In this document: one piece after another, positions 25,397 to 34,226 of the stretch | Layout: each line of letters opens with the position of its first letter | Numbering within the stretch: the stretch's first letter is position 1 | Notes under the pieces: model-generated | Told to the model about the DNA's origin: nothing | Database searches by the model: none | What the model saw: only the letters and a program-made list of their open reading frames with translations | From: a virus | Reading direction: 5' to 3' (one strand) | DNA length: 64,000 nucleotides | Virus record (IMG/VR): IMGVR_UViG_3300027896_000011 | Span: 103,998 to 167,997 of that record | Translations under genes and position numbers: made by a program

Positions 25397-25468
25397 CCGA
25401 GCGTAGTTCAGTGGTAGAACGCTATCCTTACACGGTAGATGTCGGAGGTCCAATTCCTTCCGCTCGGA
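25397..25468 (+). tRNA. tRNA-Val(TAC)
   Basis: ctatc-ctTACac-ggtag. Confidence 0.9.
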
Positions 25469-25477
25469 CATTTTTTA

Positions 25478-25506
25478 TTGACTTATATTTTTTTCTTGAG
25501 TAAATT
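25478..25506 (+). promoter_or_regulatory. sigma70-like promoter
   Basis: TTGACT-17 bp-TAAATT. Confidence 0.5.
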
Positions 25507-25591
25507 AGCACTTAGAAAATAGAAAATAGAAAATAGAAGATAGCGCAAATGAGTTAGTCGATTCTAGAAACAATGTAGCAGGAGAAAAGCG

Positions 25592-26428
25592 ATGATTGAA
25601 ACAGTAGTAGGTAGGCCAAAATCTGTACGTTCAAAGGTTAACGTTAGATTTATTGGGTATCTCACCCTATCATTGGCCAAAGAGTGTAAGGCTTGCTTAG
25701 AGGGGCGTCTTGCATTAGAGCAAGATGGCAATAGCAGATCTGAGCTGATCGGTTTGATTAAAATGCTAGATCAGCGTATTCAGGAATTTACTGTTACAGC
25801 AGTGCCTGTAAAGGAACCTGAAAAAGAAGTAGGTAAAACAGTTTGGGAACCGTTGTCTGATCAACCTTTAGAAGAGAAACCAGTTTCTGTTAGGCCGTCT
25901 GTAAAGTTGATTACACGCGATGATATGCCTAATTTTAGTGGTTCTCAGTTACGTGCAATTAAGTCTGCATTGTATGCCGTTGGGCATAGTGAAGCTGTAA
26001 GGGATGCTAGGCTGTCTCCTGGTCTTCCTTTTATTGAACCCTTTGTCATACCCGTAGTTGGTAAACATAGCGTAATTGCGCTAACTACGTTTAGAGATGA
26101 CGATGATATGGGCTGTACAGATTATTATAATTGTACGGTTAATGATGTATTTCTCGGTAAAAACTGTCATATTGAATCTCCTTTAGTATTGAAAGATCCA
26201 ATCGAAGATAGAGAGATGTATTTTTACGATGGCAGTATTCGCGGAGAAAAAGTGAATTGTTACGCCATTCATGCCGTTGATGGAACATTTATTCATTTTT
26301 GGAAATCAAGTATATCTAAAGGAGATAGGATTAACCTTCCCGGTGGAGCAGATTTTGTTGTGCGGGTAAGTGCTAAGGGAGAGGTGTCTTTTGTTCCGAG
26401 TACATCTAGAACAAAAACTGTTTGCTAA
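25592..26428 (+). CDS. hypothetical protein
   Basis: 278-aa ORF; RBS AGGAG. Confidence 0.7.
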   Translation: MIETVVGRPKSVRSKVNVRFIGYLTLSLAKECKACLEGRLALEQDGNSRSELIGLIKMLDQRIQEFTVTAVPVKEPEKEVGKTVWEPLSDQPLEEKPVSVRPSVKLITRDDMPNFSGSQLRAIKSALYAVGHSEAVRDARLSPGLPFIEPFVIPVVGKHSVIALTTFRDDDDMGCTDYYNCTVNDVFLGKNCHIESPLVLKDPIEDREMYFYDGSIRGEKVNCYAIHAVDGTFIHFWKSSISKGDRINLPGGADFVVRVSAKGEVSFVPSTSRTKTVC

Positions 26429-26802
26429 TTGGTGTAGTAGTGGTAGGTCCAATTTGTCCATATTGTGGGCAACCGTCTAATCTTGTAAATGGTAAGATAG
26501 TTTACCCACATAGGCATGATTTATATGATAAGCAGTTTTGGTTGTGTCAGCCTTGCGTTGCTTTTGTTGGGTGTTACCCTCACTCAACTAAACCCTTGGG
26601 TAGTTTAGCTAATGCAGAATTGCGGAAAGAAAGAAGTAAAGTACATGCTGCTTTTGATCTGATTTGGAAGCGTGGGGGTACGCCTAGAAGTAAAGCGTAT
26701 ATATGGCTAGCCAATCAATTAGGATTGCCGGTAGAAGAATGTCATATAGGAATGTTCGATGTGCAGTTATGTAGGAGTGCTTTAACACTACTACGTACTT
26801 AA
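26422..26802 (+). CDS. DUF3268-family zinc-finger protein
   Basis: CPYCG...C..C.AFVGC....KPLG.LANAELR...CHIGMFD. Confidence 0.8.
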   Translation: MLIGVVVVGPICPYCGQPSNLVNGKIVYPHRHDLYDKQFWLCQPCVAFVGCYPHSTKPLGSLANAELRKERSKVHAAFDLIWKRGGTPRSKAYIWLANQLGLPVEECHIGMFDVQLCRSALTLLRT

Positions 26803-26833
26803 TGATACTTTGACTGGGAGAAATCCCGGTCGT

Positions 26834-26906
26834 GCCTGTGAGGTTCCCTGGTGGGAACGCTTGCTTGTCAAGCAAGATTGGGCGAGTTCAATTCTCGTCA
26901 CAGGCG
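26834..26906 (+). tRNA. tRNA-Asp(GTC)
   Basis: cttgc-ttGTCaa-gcaag; G73. Confidence 0.85.
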
Positions 26907-26911
26907 CTATT

Positions 26912-26984
26912 CCTCGTGTAATTCAGTGATTAGAATGCGCGCTTTATAAGCGTGAAGCCGTTGGTTTGAATCCAACCACGAGGA
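26912..26984 (+). tRNA. tRNA-Ile(TAT)
   Basis: cgcgc-ttTATaa-gcgtg; cctcgtg/cacgagg. Confidence 0.85.
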
Positions 26985-26994
26985 CAAATTATTT

Positions 26995-27017
26995 GCGGGC
27001 ATGATGGAATGCAGACA
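26995..27017 (+). pseudogene. 5' fragment of a tRNA-Leu-like gene
   Basis: gcgggca-tg-atggaatgcagaca (acceptor 5' strand plus D arm), followed by the HNH RBS. Confidence 0.5.
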
Positions 27018-27028
27018 ACAAGGAGAAA

Positions 27029-27517
27029 ATGGGAAAGAAGGTAATCCTAAAAGACATTGTTAGACCAGACGCCCGAGTGTACGGGCCGTATTTTAGAAAA
27101 GATGGAAGAAAGCATGTAGTACTTTGGTGGTCTAAGACAAACATGCGAACAGTGTCCTATCCTAAATGGCTTATGGAGCAGAAATTAGGAAGGGAACTAG
27201 ACCCTGATCTAGAGACAATAGATCATATCGACAGGGACCATACAAACAATACTGATGGTAACCTACAGATACTGCCCAGGTCTGTGCACGCAGGTTTGGA
27301 TGCTAAAAGAGCAGTGCCAGCAAAAATGAAATGCCTATGGTGCTCTAAGTCACTTCTTATAAACAGATCGATGTTCAATCATAACAGAAGGCAACATAGA
27401 GCAGGTCCATTCTGTAGTAAGTCTTGTTCCGGAGGTTATGGTGCTTCTGTACGATTTGGTGGGGCAAAGATATTTAGTAGTTGTGTTAAGCTTAAGCATA
27501 CTATGATAGATAAGTAG
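27029..27517 (+). CDS. HNH homing endonuclease
   Basis: LMEQKLGREL..ETIDHIDRDHTNN...NLQIL; C-terminal Zn finger FCSKSC. Confidence 0.85.
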   Translation: MGKKVILKDIVRPDARVYGPYFRKDGRKHVVLWWSKTNMRTVSYPKWLMEQKLGRELDPDLETIDHIDRDHTNNTDGNLQILPRSVHAGLDAKRAVPAKMKCLWCSKSLLINRSMFNHNRRQHRAGPFCSKSCSGGYGASVRFGGAKIFSSCVKLKHTMIDK

Positions 27518-27523
27518 ATCAAT

Positions 27524-27597
27524 GGCGGGCTAGCCCAACTGGAAGAGGCATCGGTTTTAAGCTCCGATCAGTAAGAGTTCAAATCTCTTGCCCGCTA
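27524..27597 (+). tRNA. tRNA-Leu(TAA), short variable loop
   Basis: Loop ttTAAgc; ggcgggc/gcccgct. Confidence 0.75.
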
Positions 27598-27606
27598 CTA
27601 ACTTAT

Positions 27607-27691
27607 GCAACGATGGCGGAACAGGTATACGCACATGCCCTAGAAGCATGCGTCGAAAGACATACGAGTTCGATTCTCGTTCGTTGCACCA
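27607..27691 (+). tRNA. tRNA-Leu(TAG), C33, encoded CCA
   Basis: catgc-ccTAGaa-gcatg; long variable arm. Confidence 0.85.
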
Positions 27692-27705
27692 TCTAACTTA
27701 TTCTT

Positions 27706-27789
27706 GCCGACATGTTGAAACAGGTAGCCAAGCATGTCTCAGAAACATGTGTCTTAAGTGATGTGGGGATTCGACTTCCTCTGTCGGCA
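27706..27789 (+). tRNA. tRNA-Leu(CAG)
   Basis: catgt-ctCAGaa-acatg. Confidence 0.85.
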
Positions 27790-27802
27790 CAAGGAGGTAT
27801 TG

Positions 27803-27997
27803 ATGAAAAGATTGATCAGCAGACAGCATGTAATCAACAGCAATAAGTACAATTGTGGTAACTGCGAGTTTAGGTGCGCCATAGATAAGGTTAACGGTAG
27901 ATCCTTTTGTTTATTTTTTGTGACTGAACTAAATGTCAATGATCTTGTAAAAGTAGAGCGGTCTAAACAATGCAAGATGGCGGAGATAGGTAAATGA
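27803..27997 (+). CDS. Cys-rich small protein (tandem paralog 1)
   Basis: RBS AAGGAGG; MKRLISRQHVIN...CGNCEFRC. Confidence 0.7.
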   Translation: MKRLISRQHVINSNKYNCGNCEFRCAIDKVNGRSFCLFFVTELNVNDLVKVERSKQCKMAEIGK

Positions 27998-28188
27998 AGA
28001 AATTGATCGTAAGGCAACAAGTGATCAATTGTAATAAAGAGACATGTGGTGCATGTGAGTTTAGATGTCTTCCTCCGGGAAATGATTATGAAGGGGACTA
28101 CTGCGACTTTTGGCAGGAGTTTTTATCTCGTAATGGTAAGTTTGTATGCCGATGTTATCAGTGTAAGAATGCAGAAATGAGTAAATAG
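27994..28188 (+). CDS. Cys-rich small protein (tandem paralog 2)
   Basis: MKKLIVRQQVINC..ETCGACEFRC. Confidence 0.7.
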   Translation: MKKLIVRQQVINCNKETCGACEFRCLPPGNDYEGDYCDFWQEFLSRNGKFVCRCYQCKNAEMSK

Positions 28189-28210
28189 AAGGAAGGAGAG
28201 TTTTCTTGTT

Positions 28211-28732
28211 ATGTCCGTTGCAGTATTAGTTTTAGATGCAGACTGGATGCCTCTACGTATAGAGAGCTGGCAGAGGGCTATTTGTGATGTTTTTACCGGC
28301 AAAGTAGAGATACTTGAACATAGCCGGGATAGAACAATCCAAGGGGTAAATAGAACTTATCCCATGCCCGCAGTAGTAAGAGTCCTCCGCCGCTTTAAGA
28401 GAGAACGGCTACGTATTAAATTTAGCCGTTTGAACATCTATGCTCGCGATAAGTTTGAATGCAAATACTGCGGAATACGGTTCATGTCAGAAGACCTAAC
28501 TTTCGACCATGTTCTTCCGCAGTCACAAGGCGGTAAGACGTGCTGGGAAAATATTGTTGCATGCTGTGGGATATGTAATCGACGCAAGGCTAATAGGACG
28601 CCGGAACAAGCAAAAATGAAGTTACTTAGTAAGCCTAAGAAGCCCTCCTATCTACCGGCGATAACGGTAAAGATGGACCTTAGGCATGTGCCGGAAGAGT
28701 GGAAAAATTATTGGGTTACAGATTTAACGTAG
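28211..28732 (+). CDS. HNH endonuclease (McrA-like)
   Basis: FSRLNIYARD...CKYCG...LTFDHVLP...WENIV.CC..CN.RK. Confidence 0.9.
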   Translation: MSVAVLVLDADWMPLRIESWQRAICDVFTGKVEILEHSRDRTIQGVNRTYPMPAVVRVLRRFKRERLRIKFSRLNIYARDKFECKYCGIRFMSEDLTFDHVLPQSQGGKTCWENIVACCGICNRRKANRTPEQAKMKLLSKPKKPSYLPAITVKMDLRHVPEEWKNYWVTDLT

Positions 28733-28737
28733 GAGGA

Positions 28738-29025
28738 ATGGTGATGGGTAATCATCCAAGGGGTTGTAAGAGTCCCGAGTGTCCTGTGTGTTCCGATTAT
28801 ACATTAGGTACGGGGTTTAACGTTGCTTATGCTGCAAGTTTTCCAAACACACCAACATATCCGCAGGTTACGTATATATCGTCAGGTGATATGGATATAT
28901 TGTTAAAAGACTTGGAAATTATAAAAGATGGAATTAACCAAGAAAAGATGTGTAAGTTGTTAGATGAGATACTGAAGAAGTTAAATAAGAAGGTTAAACA
29001 AAAGAAAGCTAAACGAAAGAAATAG
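28738..29025 (+). CDS. hypothetical protein
   Basis: RBS AGGAGG. Confidence 0.55.
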   Translation: MVMGNHPRGCKSPECPVCSDYTLGTGFNVAYAASFPNTPTYPQVTYISSGDMDILLKDLEIIKDGINQEKMCKLLDEILKKLNKKVKQKKAKRKK

Positions 29026-29027
29026 TG

Positions 29028-29069
29028 AAAAGGCTACGTGGGGATAGATCTTCACATAGCCTTTTTTTT
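29028..29069 (+). terminator. intrinsic terminator
   Basis: aaaaggcta.gtg...cac.tagcctttt followed by a T-run. Confidence 0.65.
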
Positions 29070-29120
29070 AGCTATTAAGTCGTAATACCCATTTATCTGT
29101 AAATCTTGTATACTCGCCGC

Positions 29121-29495
29121 ATGCTCATACGACCTAAGATACTTGCTTTAGATCTGGATAACACAACTCTCCTTGATAAACACCCAGAAATGGGTAAGCC
29201 CATAGGCGATATAGTTAAACAACTAGAAGCCCTTAGAGCTGCAGGTTGGGTGGTCGTAATATGGACCGTTAGAGAAGAACCCCAGAAGATTGCGGAGAAA
29301 TTAAAAGCAGAGGGTGTGCCTTTTGATTATATTAATGAGCACCCTTGGCACCATACGCACAGCAGCCGGAAGATATATGCAGATGTATATCTAGATGATA
29401 GGGCTATTAACTTTGACGGAGAAACAAAGGGATTAGCCGAAAAGATCAATAACTTCAAGCCATGGTTTGAACGTAATCCAGTGGGTAAGTATTGA
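29121..29495 (+). CDS. HAD-superfamily hydrolase
   Basis: LDLDNT motif I; WT.R; KIYADVYLDDRA. Confidence 0.8.
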   Translation: MLIRPKILALDLDNTTLLDKHPEMGKPIGDIVKQLEALRAAGWVVVIWTVREEPQKIAEKLKAEGVPFDYINEHPWHHTHSSRKIYADVYLDDRAINFDGETKGLAEKINNFKPWFERNPVGKY

Positions 29496-29544
29496 CTACC
29501 CTTTTATCGAAAAATAGGATACGCTGAACGTACACGGAGGAATT

Positions 29545-30405
29545 ATGTCAAAAGTATCAATACGTCATACTCTACAGGCAACTGCCGGTCTACTTATGAT
29601 TGTCCTACCATTGGCTCTAGACGCTGCCAAAGCATGGCCAAAATTGCGGTATGTGAGCGCAGGACTCGGCTTTCTTGTAACACTGGTTACTAACGCTAAG
29701 GTGGTAGCACTAGCCAGTACTCTCTTAGACTTAATACTGCCAGAGGCAAAAGAAACAAAATCGCCGGAGATAAAAGAGGTAGAATCACCTATTATTGTAA
29801 AAGAAAGCAAGGGGCTAAAGGTTAAAAATAAGGAGGACAGTGGTTACATTGTGCGGGGCGGGCTTCTTCTTTTAATGCTTACCTCTTTAATGTTTATGCT
29901 ATTTATGTTCTCCCCTAAAGCAGCTCATGCGCAAGGTGGGGAGCAAAGGTATGGTGGATGTTTTACGCCTGCTTCTTATGGCCAATTTTGCGTAGGTCCT
30001 CGAGCAGGTGCCTTAATTACACGTTATGATTTTTCGGGAACTATGAATGGAAAGTTCACAGGTGGTTTTAACCCTGGAGTCGGTTATGGCATTGTTCTTC
30101 AGTCTGTGAATGAAATGACGGACTGGAAAAAGATAGAACTTGATTTGTTCTTCTCTACATTAGTCGGCGGTAGTGCTACTACGATACCTAATAATGTATC
30201 CGTTACCGGTCTTCTTACTTTTTTTGATTACATCAGTGTGGGTGTAGGATCTCAATGGACAGAGCAACTCAGTGGCTCTGCTAAGGCCAATATATACATT
30301 ACTGGGGGTTTATCTTTGAATATTGGTGGTTTAACCCCTTCGCAAGTAGCTAAGCGTAAAGCTGCTTTTAGAAAAGAGTTAGAAGCAGCACAGGTAGCAA
30401 AGTAG
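29545..30405 (+). CDS. membrane protein
   Basis: Several hydrophobic segments, then a beta-rich domain; TTGACT-17-TAGGAT promoter at 29492. Confidence 0.7.
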   Translation: MSKVSIRHTLQATAGLLMIVLPLALDAAKAWPKLRYVSAGLGFLVTLVTNAKVVALASTLLDLILPEAKETKSPEIKEVESPIIVKESKGLKVKNKEDSGYIVRGGLLLLMLTSLMFMLFMFSPKAAHAQGGEQRYGGCFTPASYGQFCVGPRAGALITRYDFSGTMNGKFTGGFNPGVGYGIVLQSVNEMTDWKKIELDLFFSTLVGGSATTIPNNVSVTGLLTFFDYISVGVGSQWTEQLSGSAKANIYITGGLSLNIGGLTPSQVAKRKAAFRKELEAAQVAK

Positions 30406-30412
30406 AGGTCTT

Positions 30413-30838
30413 ATGAGTACGTCTAAAATATTATTTATTGTGCTCTATATGTCTTGTATGGGTTTTCTTGCGTGTTTTCTTTTATCTATTAATTGCGTTC
30501 ATACTCCTCCAGTTCCGACACTAATAGACGCAGGTCGTCCTTCCGATGCAGATGTGTTGTATGGTATTACTGCGGATTGCGGTCTGTCTATTGTGGCGCA
30601 ACAAAGAAGCGTGATTATCGATAGTGTTCGTACTTGTCTTGACGCTGCAAACACTGGTGTATGTTTGGTGGAATTGTCTAAGACGGCGTCTAAAGACGCC
30701 ATTGTTTGCGTAGTACAGGATTTTGATATGACTTTGCACCATGATATGGCGCTGGGTATAGCCAATAAGGCTATGAAGGTGGAAGCTGCAGCAGCCTCTG
30801 CCTGGATTAGAGCGGAACAAGTAGGGGTCAGGAGATAA
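30413..30838 (+). CDS. secreted/lipoprotein-like protein
   Basis: Hydrophobic N-terminus; Cys; DAG linker. Confidence 0.65.
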   Translation: MSTSKILFIVLYMSCMGFLACFLLSINCVHTPPVPTLIDAGRPSDADVLYGITADCGLSIVAQQRSVIIDSVRTCLDAANTGVCLVELSKTASKDAIVCVVQDFDMTLHHDMALGIANKAMKVEAAAASAWIRAEQVGVRR

Positions 30839-30840
30839 TT

Positions 30841-31653
30841 ATGTCCCATATAAGTAAGCTACCTCTTGGTAAGAAACCATTCTTACCAAAAGCTAAGGAC
30901 TTACATTTAAAAGCATATATAAACAAGGCGGCTGTTATAACTGCAGCATCTGTACCAGCATCTTTAGATTGGTTATCATTTAGTTGCCCGAATGGGGATA
31001 AGCCTCAACCAGATACTGATGCACTGGGTAATGATGCTGTAGGTAATTGTGTATTTGCAGGACCAGGGCACTTAGTCAATATGGTGCGGGCACAAACTGG
31101 GGGTACTTCTCGAGTAACTAGAGAAGATACTATTGCTGCGTATTCTAAGTATGCTGGGTATGACCCTATCACTGGTGCGAACGATAATGGGTTTTATGTT
31201 CGTGATATGCTTGGTATCTGGCAAAAAGATGGGCTATACGGCACCAAGAACTTAGCGTATGCTTTGGTAAATTGGAGAGACCCAGAAGAGGTGGCTATTG
31301 CCTCTTGGTTAGGCTGTGGAACTATAGGTGGGTATCTTCTTCCTATTGCTTCACAAAGTCAGCAAGACGGGGTTGGTAGACAGCTTTGGTACGTTCCTAC
31401 TGGTGGGTGGCCTGTGAAAGAAGGGCCAGGTACTTGGGGTGGGCATTGTATGTGGCTTAGAGGAACGTCCCCTAGGTTATCTACAGCCAATTCTTGGGGG
31501 ATAGATGTGACTTGGACTACTGATTGGCAAAATCAGTGTTGTGATGAAATGTGGGTAGTTATCGTAGACGCATGGCAACTTACCACCGGTCGGGCTCCAA
31601 ATGGTTTTGCGTATGGGGACTTACTGGCCGATGTTAAGGCGCGTACTACATGA
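30841..31653 (+). CDS. papain-like cysteine peptidase
   Basis: LGNDAVGNCVFA (Cys); GGHC (His); NSWG. Confidence 0.7.
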   Translation: MSHISKLPLGKKPFLPKAKDLHLKAYINKAAVITAASVPASLDWLSFSCPNGDKPQPDTDALGNDAVGNCVFAGPGHLVNMVRAQTGGTSRVTREDTIAAYSKYAGYDPITGANDNGFYVRDMLGIWQKDGLYGTKNLAYALVNWRDPEEVAIASWLGCGTIGGYLLPIASQSQQDGVGRQLWYVPTGGWPVKEGPGTWGGHCMWLRGTSPRLSTANSWGIDVTWTTDWQNQCCDEMWVVIVDAWQLTTGRAPNGFAYGDLLADVKARTT

Positions 31654-31979
31654 ATTGTGAATTAGTGCCTAAAAAAACGGATAAAGAAACAGTGCTAGAA
31701 GGAGTGGGTCTGTGGCAAGTAGGCTTCTCTTATGATGCTTTAGCACTGATTCCCTGGATGAGCGGATTAGTGAAGATACATGATATCTATTGTAATGATC
31801 ATGGAATCTTTTTTATTATCCGCAGTTTAGATAAGACTTCCTGCTTGTGTGTTACAGGAACTATACGAGGCAGTTCACTTAATTCCGTGAAACTGCCTCG
31901 TCAGGCTTTGTGTGTAGCTGTTACCTCTTCTGTGGCTTCCAACGAGCGACCGTATCAATGTCGGCTAGCAAATTGCTAA
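31650..31979 (+). CDS. hypothetical protein
   Basis: ATGA overlap; 3' end overlaps the ParB gene. Confidence 0.4.
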   Translation: MNCELVPKKTDKETVLEGVGLWQVGFSYDALALIPWMSGLVKIHDIYCNDHGIFFIIRSLDKTSCLCVTGTIRGSSLNSVKLPRQALCVAVTSSVASNERPYQCRLANC

Positions 31980-32871
31980 TAGCCGTATGGCATCTTATCA
32001 GGTCTTCGTGATCTAAATCTTTAAGAACGAGTACTGTCTCTTCAGTTAACTCGCCTTTAAGTGTTTTAGCGTGTTCACATAGTTCTCTACTGAGCACAGT
32101 AATTCGGTCGTAGAGGCGTAAGGCTGGATTTACATTGTGCTTGCCTTTATCTCCGGGAGGTAAAGGTTTCTTAGGCCGTTCATTGATTATGCGTATTCGT
32201 TCTTCTGTTTGTTCTTGTGTCTCTGTGAGCATAATCTGTAATTCTATTTTTTGATCATCTTCACTCATACGAGCGAGCAAGTCTGCTTGTCGCTTAGTAA
32301 TTTGTTCATTCTTATAAGCTTGTGCAGCTTCAAGAATCAATTTATCTAAGGCTATTGCTCGCATAACGGTACGGGCACTGACGTTTTGGTCTTTAGCTAC
32401 TGCTTTAATAGCTTCAGTATCTATGTTTTGAGATGGTCCACTTTTACTGGATTTAAATCTTTCGGGGTCTGGAATGTCTCCTTGATCTCGAAGTAGTTGT
32501 TGCTTTTTTACTTCTACTAGTTCTTTTAGAGCTTCATCTCGTTTAGAGGAGCTCAGGTCTTCTCTACCGAAATTTTCACTTATTGATTCCTGGCGTGCGT
32601 CAAGATCATCCAAGTCTTTAACTAGACAAGGAATCTTGTTCATTTTTAGTTTTCTACATGCCTGGAATCTTCTATCTCCGGTTATGTATTCATAACCTTT
32701 TGCCTCTTTCTTTTTACGAACAACGATAGGATTGATTACTCCTGCGCTTTCGATATGGGTACAGAGTTCATCTAGTTTATCGGTGCTAAATTCTCTGGTC
32801 CAGTGGAGGGGGCTTTTACGAATTTTTGCTGTTTCGATTTCTTGATATTTTGGTTGTTTGAGCTTCGGCAT
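31921..32871 (-). CDS. ParB/Srx-domain protein with HTH
   Basis: EL..HI...GVINPIVVR...YEYITGDRRFQAC...ISENFGREDL. Confidence 0.85.
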   Translation of the reverse strand: MPKLKQPKYQEIETAKIRKSPLHWTREFSTDKLDELCTHIESAGVINPIVVRKKKEAKGYEYITGDRRFQACRKLKMNKIPCLVKDLDDLDARQESISENFGREDLSSSKRDEALKELVEVKKQQLLRDQGDIPDPERFKSSKSGPSQNIDTEAIKAVAKDQNVSARTVMRAIALDKLILEAAQAYKNEQITKRQADLLARMSEDDQKIELQIMLTETQEQTEERIRIINERPKKPLPPGDKGKHNVNPALRLYDRITVLSRELCEHAKTLKGELTEETVLVLKDLDHEDLIRCHTAISNLLADIDTVARWKPQKR

Positions 32872-32872
32872 C

Positions 32873-33328
32873 TTATCCTTTCAATGTGGTAACTGTGCCG
32901 CCTATAGGCGTTTCGGCGGTAATGATAACAGAATAGATCATTATCAGACGGTACATATCTTCCTCAGTTTTTGGAAGTAGGATTTTACGTCCTTCGACTT
33001 TTTTGAATTGAATGGGTATACTATAGTTTTTGCATACAAAACAAGTTTGAACTGCTTTCCAGTAAAGACTGTGGGCTATCCAGCCTTTCTTTTTTGCCAT
33101 CGTATCCCAGTTGTCTTGGATATGCGATAGATTAATCAGTTCAGTGACGGTGATAACGCCGTTGGTTGTAGCCCACAGCGCTACCATGTATTCTTCTCCT
33201 TCATGGCGCACTGCCCCTAGTTTATATGGTAAGGGGCCATGACAAGGATGTAGCCAGTCTTTCATTTCTTTTCCTGTCCACTGGCCTTCAGGTTTTATGT
33301 AGTGGTCTTTGATGTATATGGTGCTCAT
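32873..33328 (-). CDS. hypothetical protein
   Basis: RBS AGGAGG; promoter at 33364. Confidence 0.65.
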   Translation of the reverse strand: MSTIYIKDHYIKPEGQWTGKEMKDWLHPCHGPLPYKLGAVRHEGEEYMVALWATTNGVITVTELINLSHIQDNWDTMAKKKGWIAHSLYWKAVQTCFVCKNYSIPIQFKKVEGRKILLPKTEEDMYRLIMIYSVIITAETPIGGTVTTLKG

Positions 33329-33363
33329 GCCCCTCCTGGGTTAACCTCTAGAATCGTGAAACA

Positions 33364-33400
33364 CTTATACCCTGAAAATTTGATCATTTGCGGGTATAAG
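33364..33400. promoter_or_regulatory. back-to-back GGTATAAG promoters
   Basis: CTTATACC at 33364-33371 and GGTATAAG at 33393-33400, between divergent genes. Confidence 0.6.
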
Positions 33401-33537
33401 TTTTTAATCATTACCCTAGGAGTTATGTACGTATTGCGTTACTAAAATATAGAATAATCTATTTGACTCTGCTGATCTAAGGTATATCTTATTATTTGGA
33501 TTGAGGCCGAAAAAGATCAAAAAACAAAGGAGACCGA

Positions 33538-34161
33538 ATGAATTACCGTAAGGATCATATCAAGTTACTTAAAGTATTTGCTGCTGCGCTTCCTAAGAAA
33601 CCAGTACTATCTGTATTGGAACTGTCTAAGGAAGCCTTCTCGGATATCAAAGTTTTGAAGCCTGATACCGATTTGAATCCTGATCGGGCGTGCCGTAATG
33701 CTCTTCGTAAGCCAATAGCACAAAATCATATTGAGATTGTTGATCGAGGGGCATATCGATTGACTACTGAGGGCGCTGCATTTTGTAGAAAGATTGATTC
33801 TTATCCAGTTGCTCCGGATAGTAAGGTTGCGGAGAAGGCTGCAAATAAGATTGAGCATAAGGCTAAGGAGCCTAAAGTGGTTAAGACTGTAGTAGATACT
33901 TCTGTTAAACGTCGTGGTCGTCCACCTAAGAATGCGGCGGTAATTGCAGATGCAGCACCTGCTAAGCGTCGTGGACGTCCACCTAAGGCGAAGCCTATAG
34001 AGGCGGTGGCTGCGCCACAGGTTAAGACAGAAAGTGTTGCACCAGTTCGTAAGCGTAACCTTATTCCTGGATTGAAACCAAAAGAGGAGAAGGTTGAGGC
34101 ACCTGTAGAATCTACGACAACTAAAGCATCAGAAGGAATTGCTCCACAGCTGGGGCTATAG
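33538..34161 (+). CDS. DNA-binding protein: winged-helix-like domain plus two AT-hooks
   Basis: KRRGRPPK twice; RGAYRLT wing. Confidence 0.7.
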   Translation: MNYRKDHIKLLKVFAAALPKKPVLSVLELSKEAFSDIKVLKPDTDLNPDRACRNALRKPIAQNHIEIVDRGAYRLTTEGAAFCRKIDSYPVAPDSKVAEKAANKIEHKAKEPKVVKTVVDTSVKRRGRPPKNAAVIADAAPAKRRGRPPKAKPIEAVAAPQVKTESVAPVRKRNLIPGLKPKEEKVEAPVESTTTKASEGIAPQLGL

Positions 34162-34181
34162 TAATTATTTGAATTGGTATT

Positions 34182-34216
34182 AAGGGCTTCTTTGAAAGAG
34201 GAAGCCCTTTCTTTTT
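34182..34216 (+). terminator. intrinsic terminator
   Basis: aagggcttct/ggaagccctt followed by a T-rich tail. Confidence 0.65.
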
Positions 34217-34226
34217 GGAGGAAACA

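Noticed and set aside
25513-25543. TAGAAAA x4 short tandem repeat
   Set aside because: It is real but too short and low in complexity to assign a function.
26995-27597. Group I intron in tRNA-Leu
   Set aside because: There is no room for an intron core around the ORF, the break is not in the anticodon loop, and the downstream tRNA is complete on its own.
27607-27691. Amber suppressor tRNA (CTA) or stop-codon recoding
   Set aside because: Stem pairing places TAG as the anticodon. TAG, TAA and TGA all end ORFs normally, and long genes are intact in code 11.
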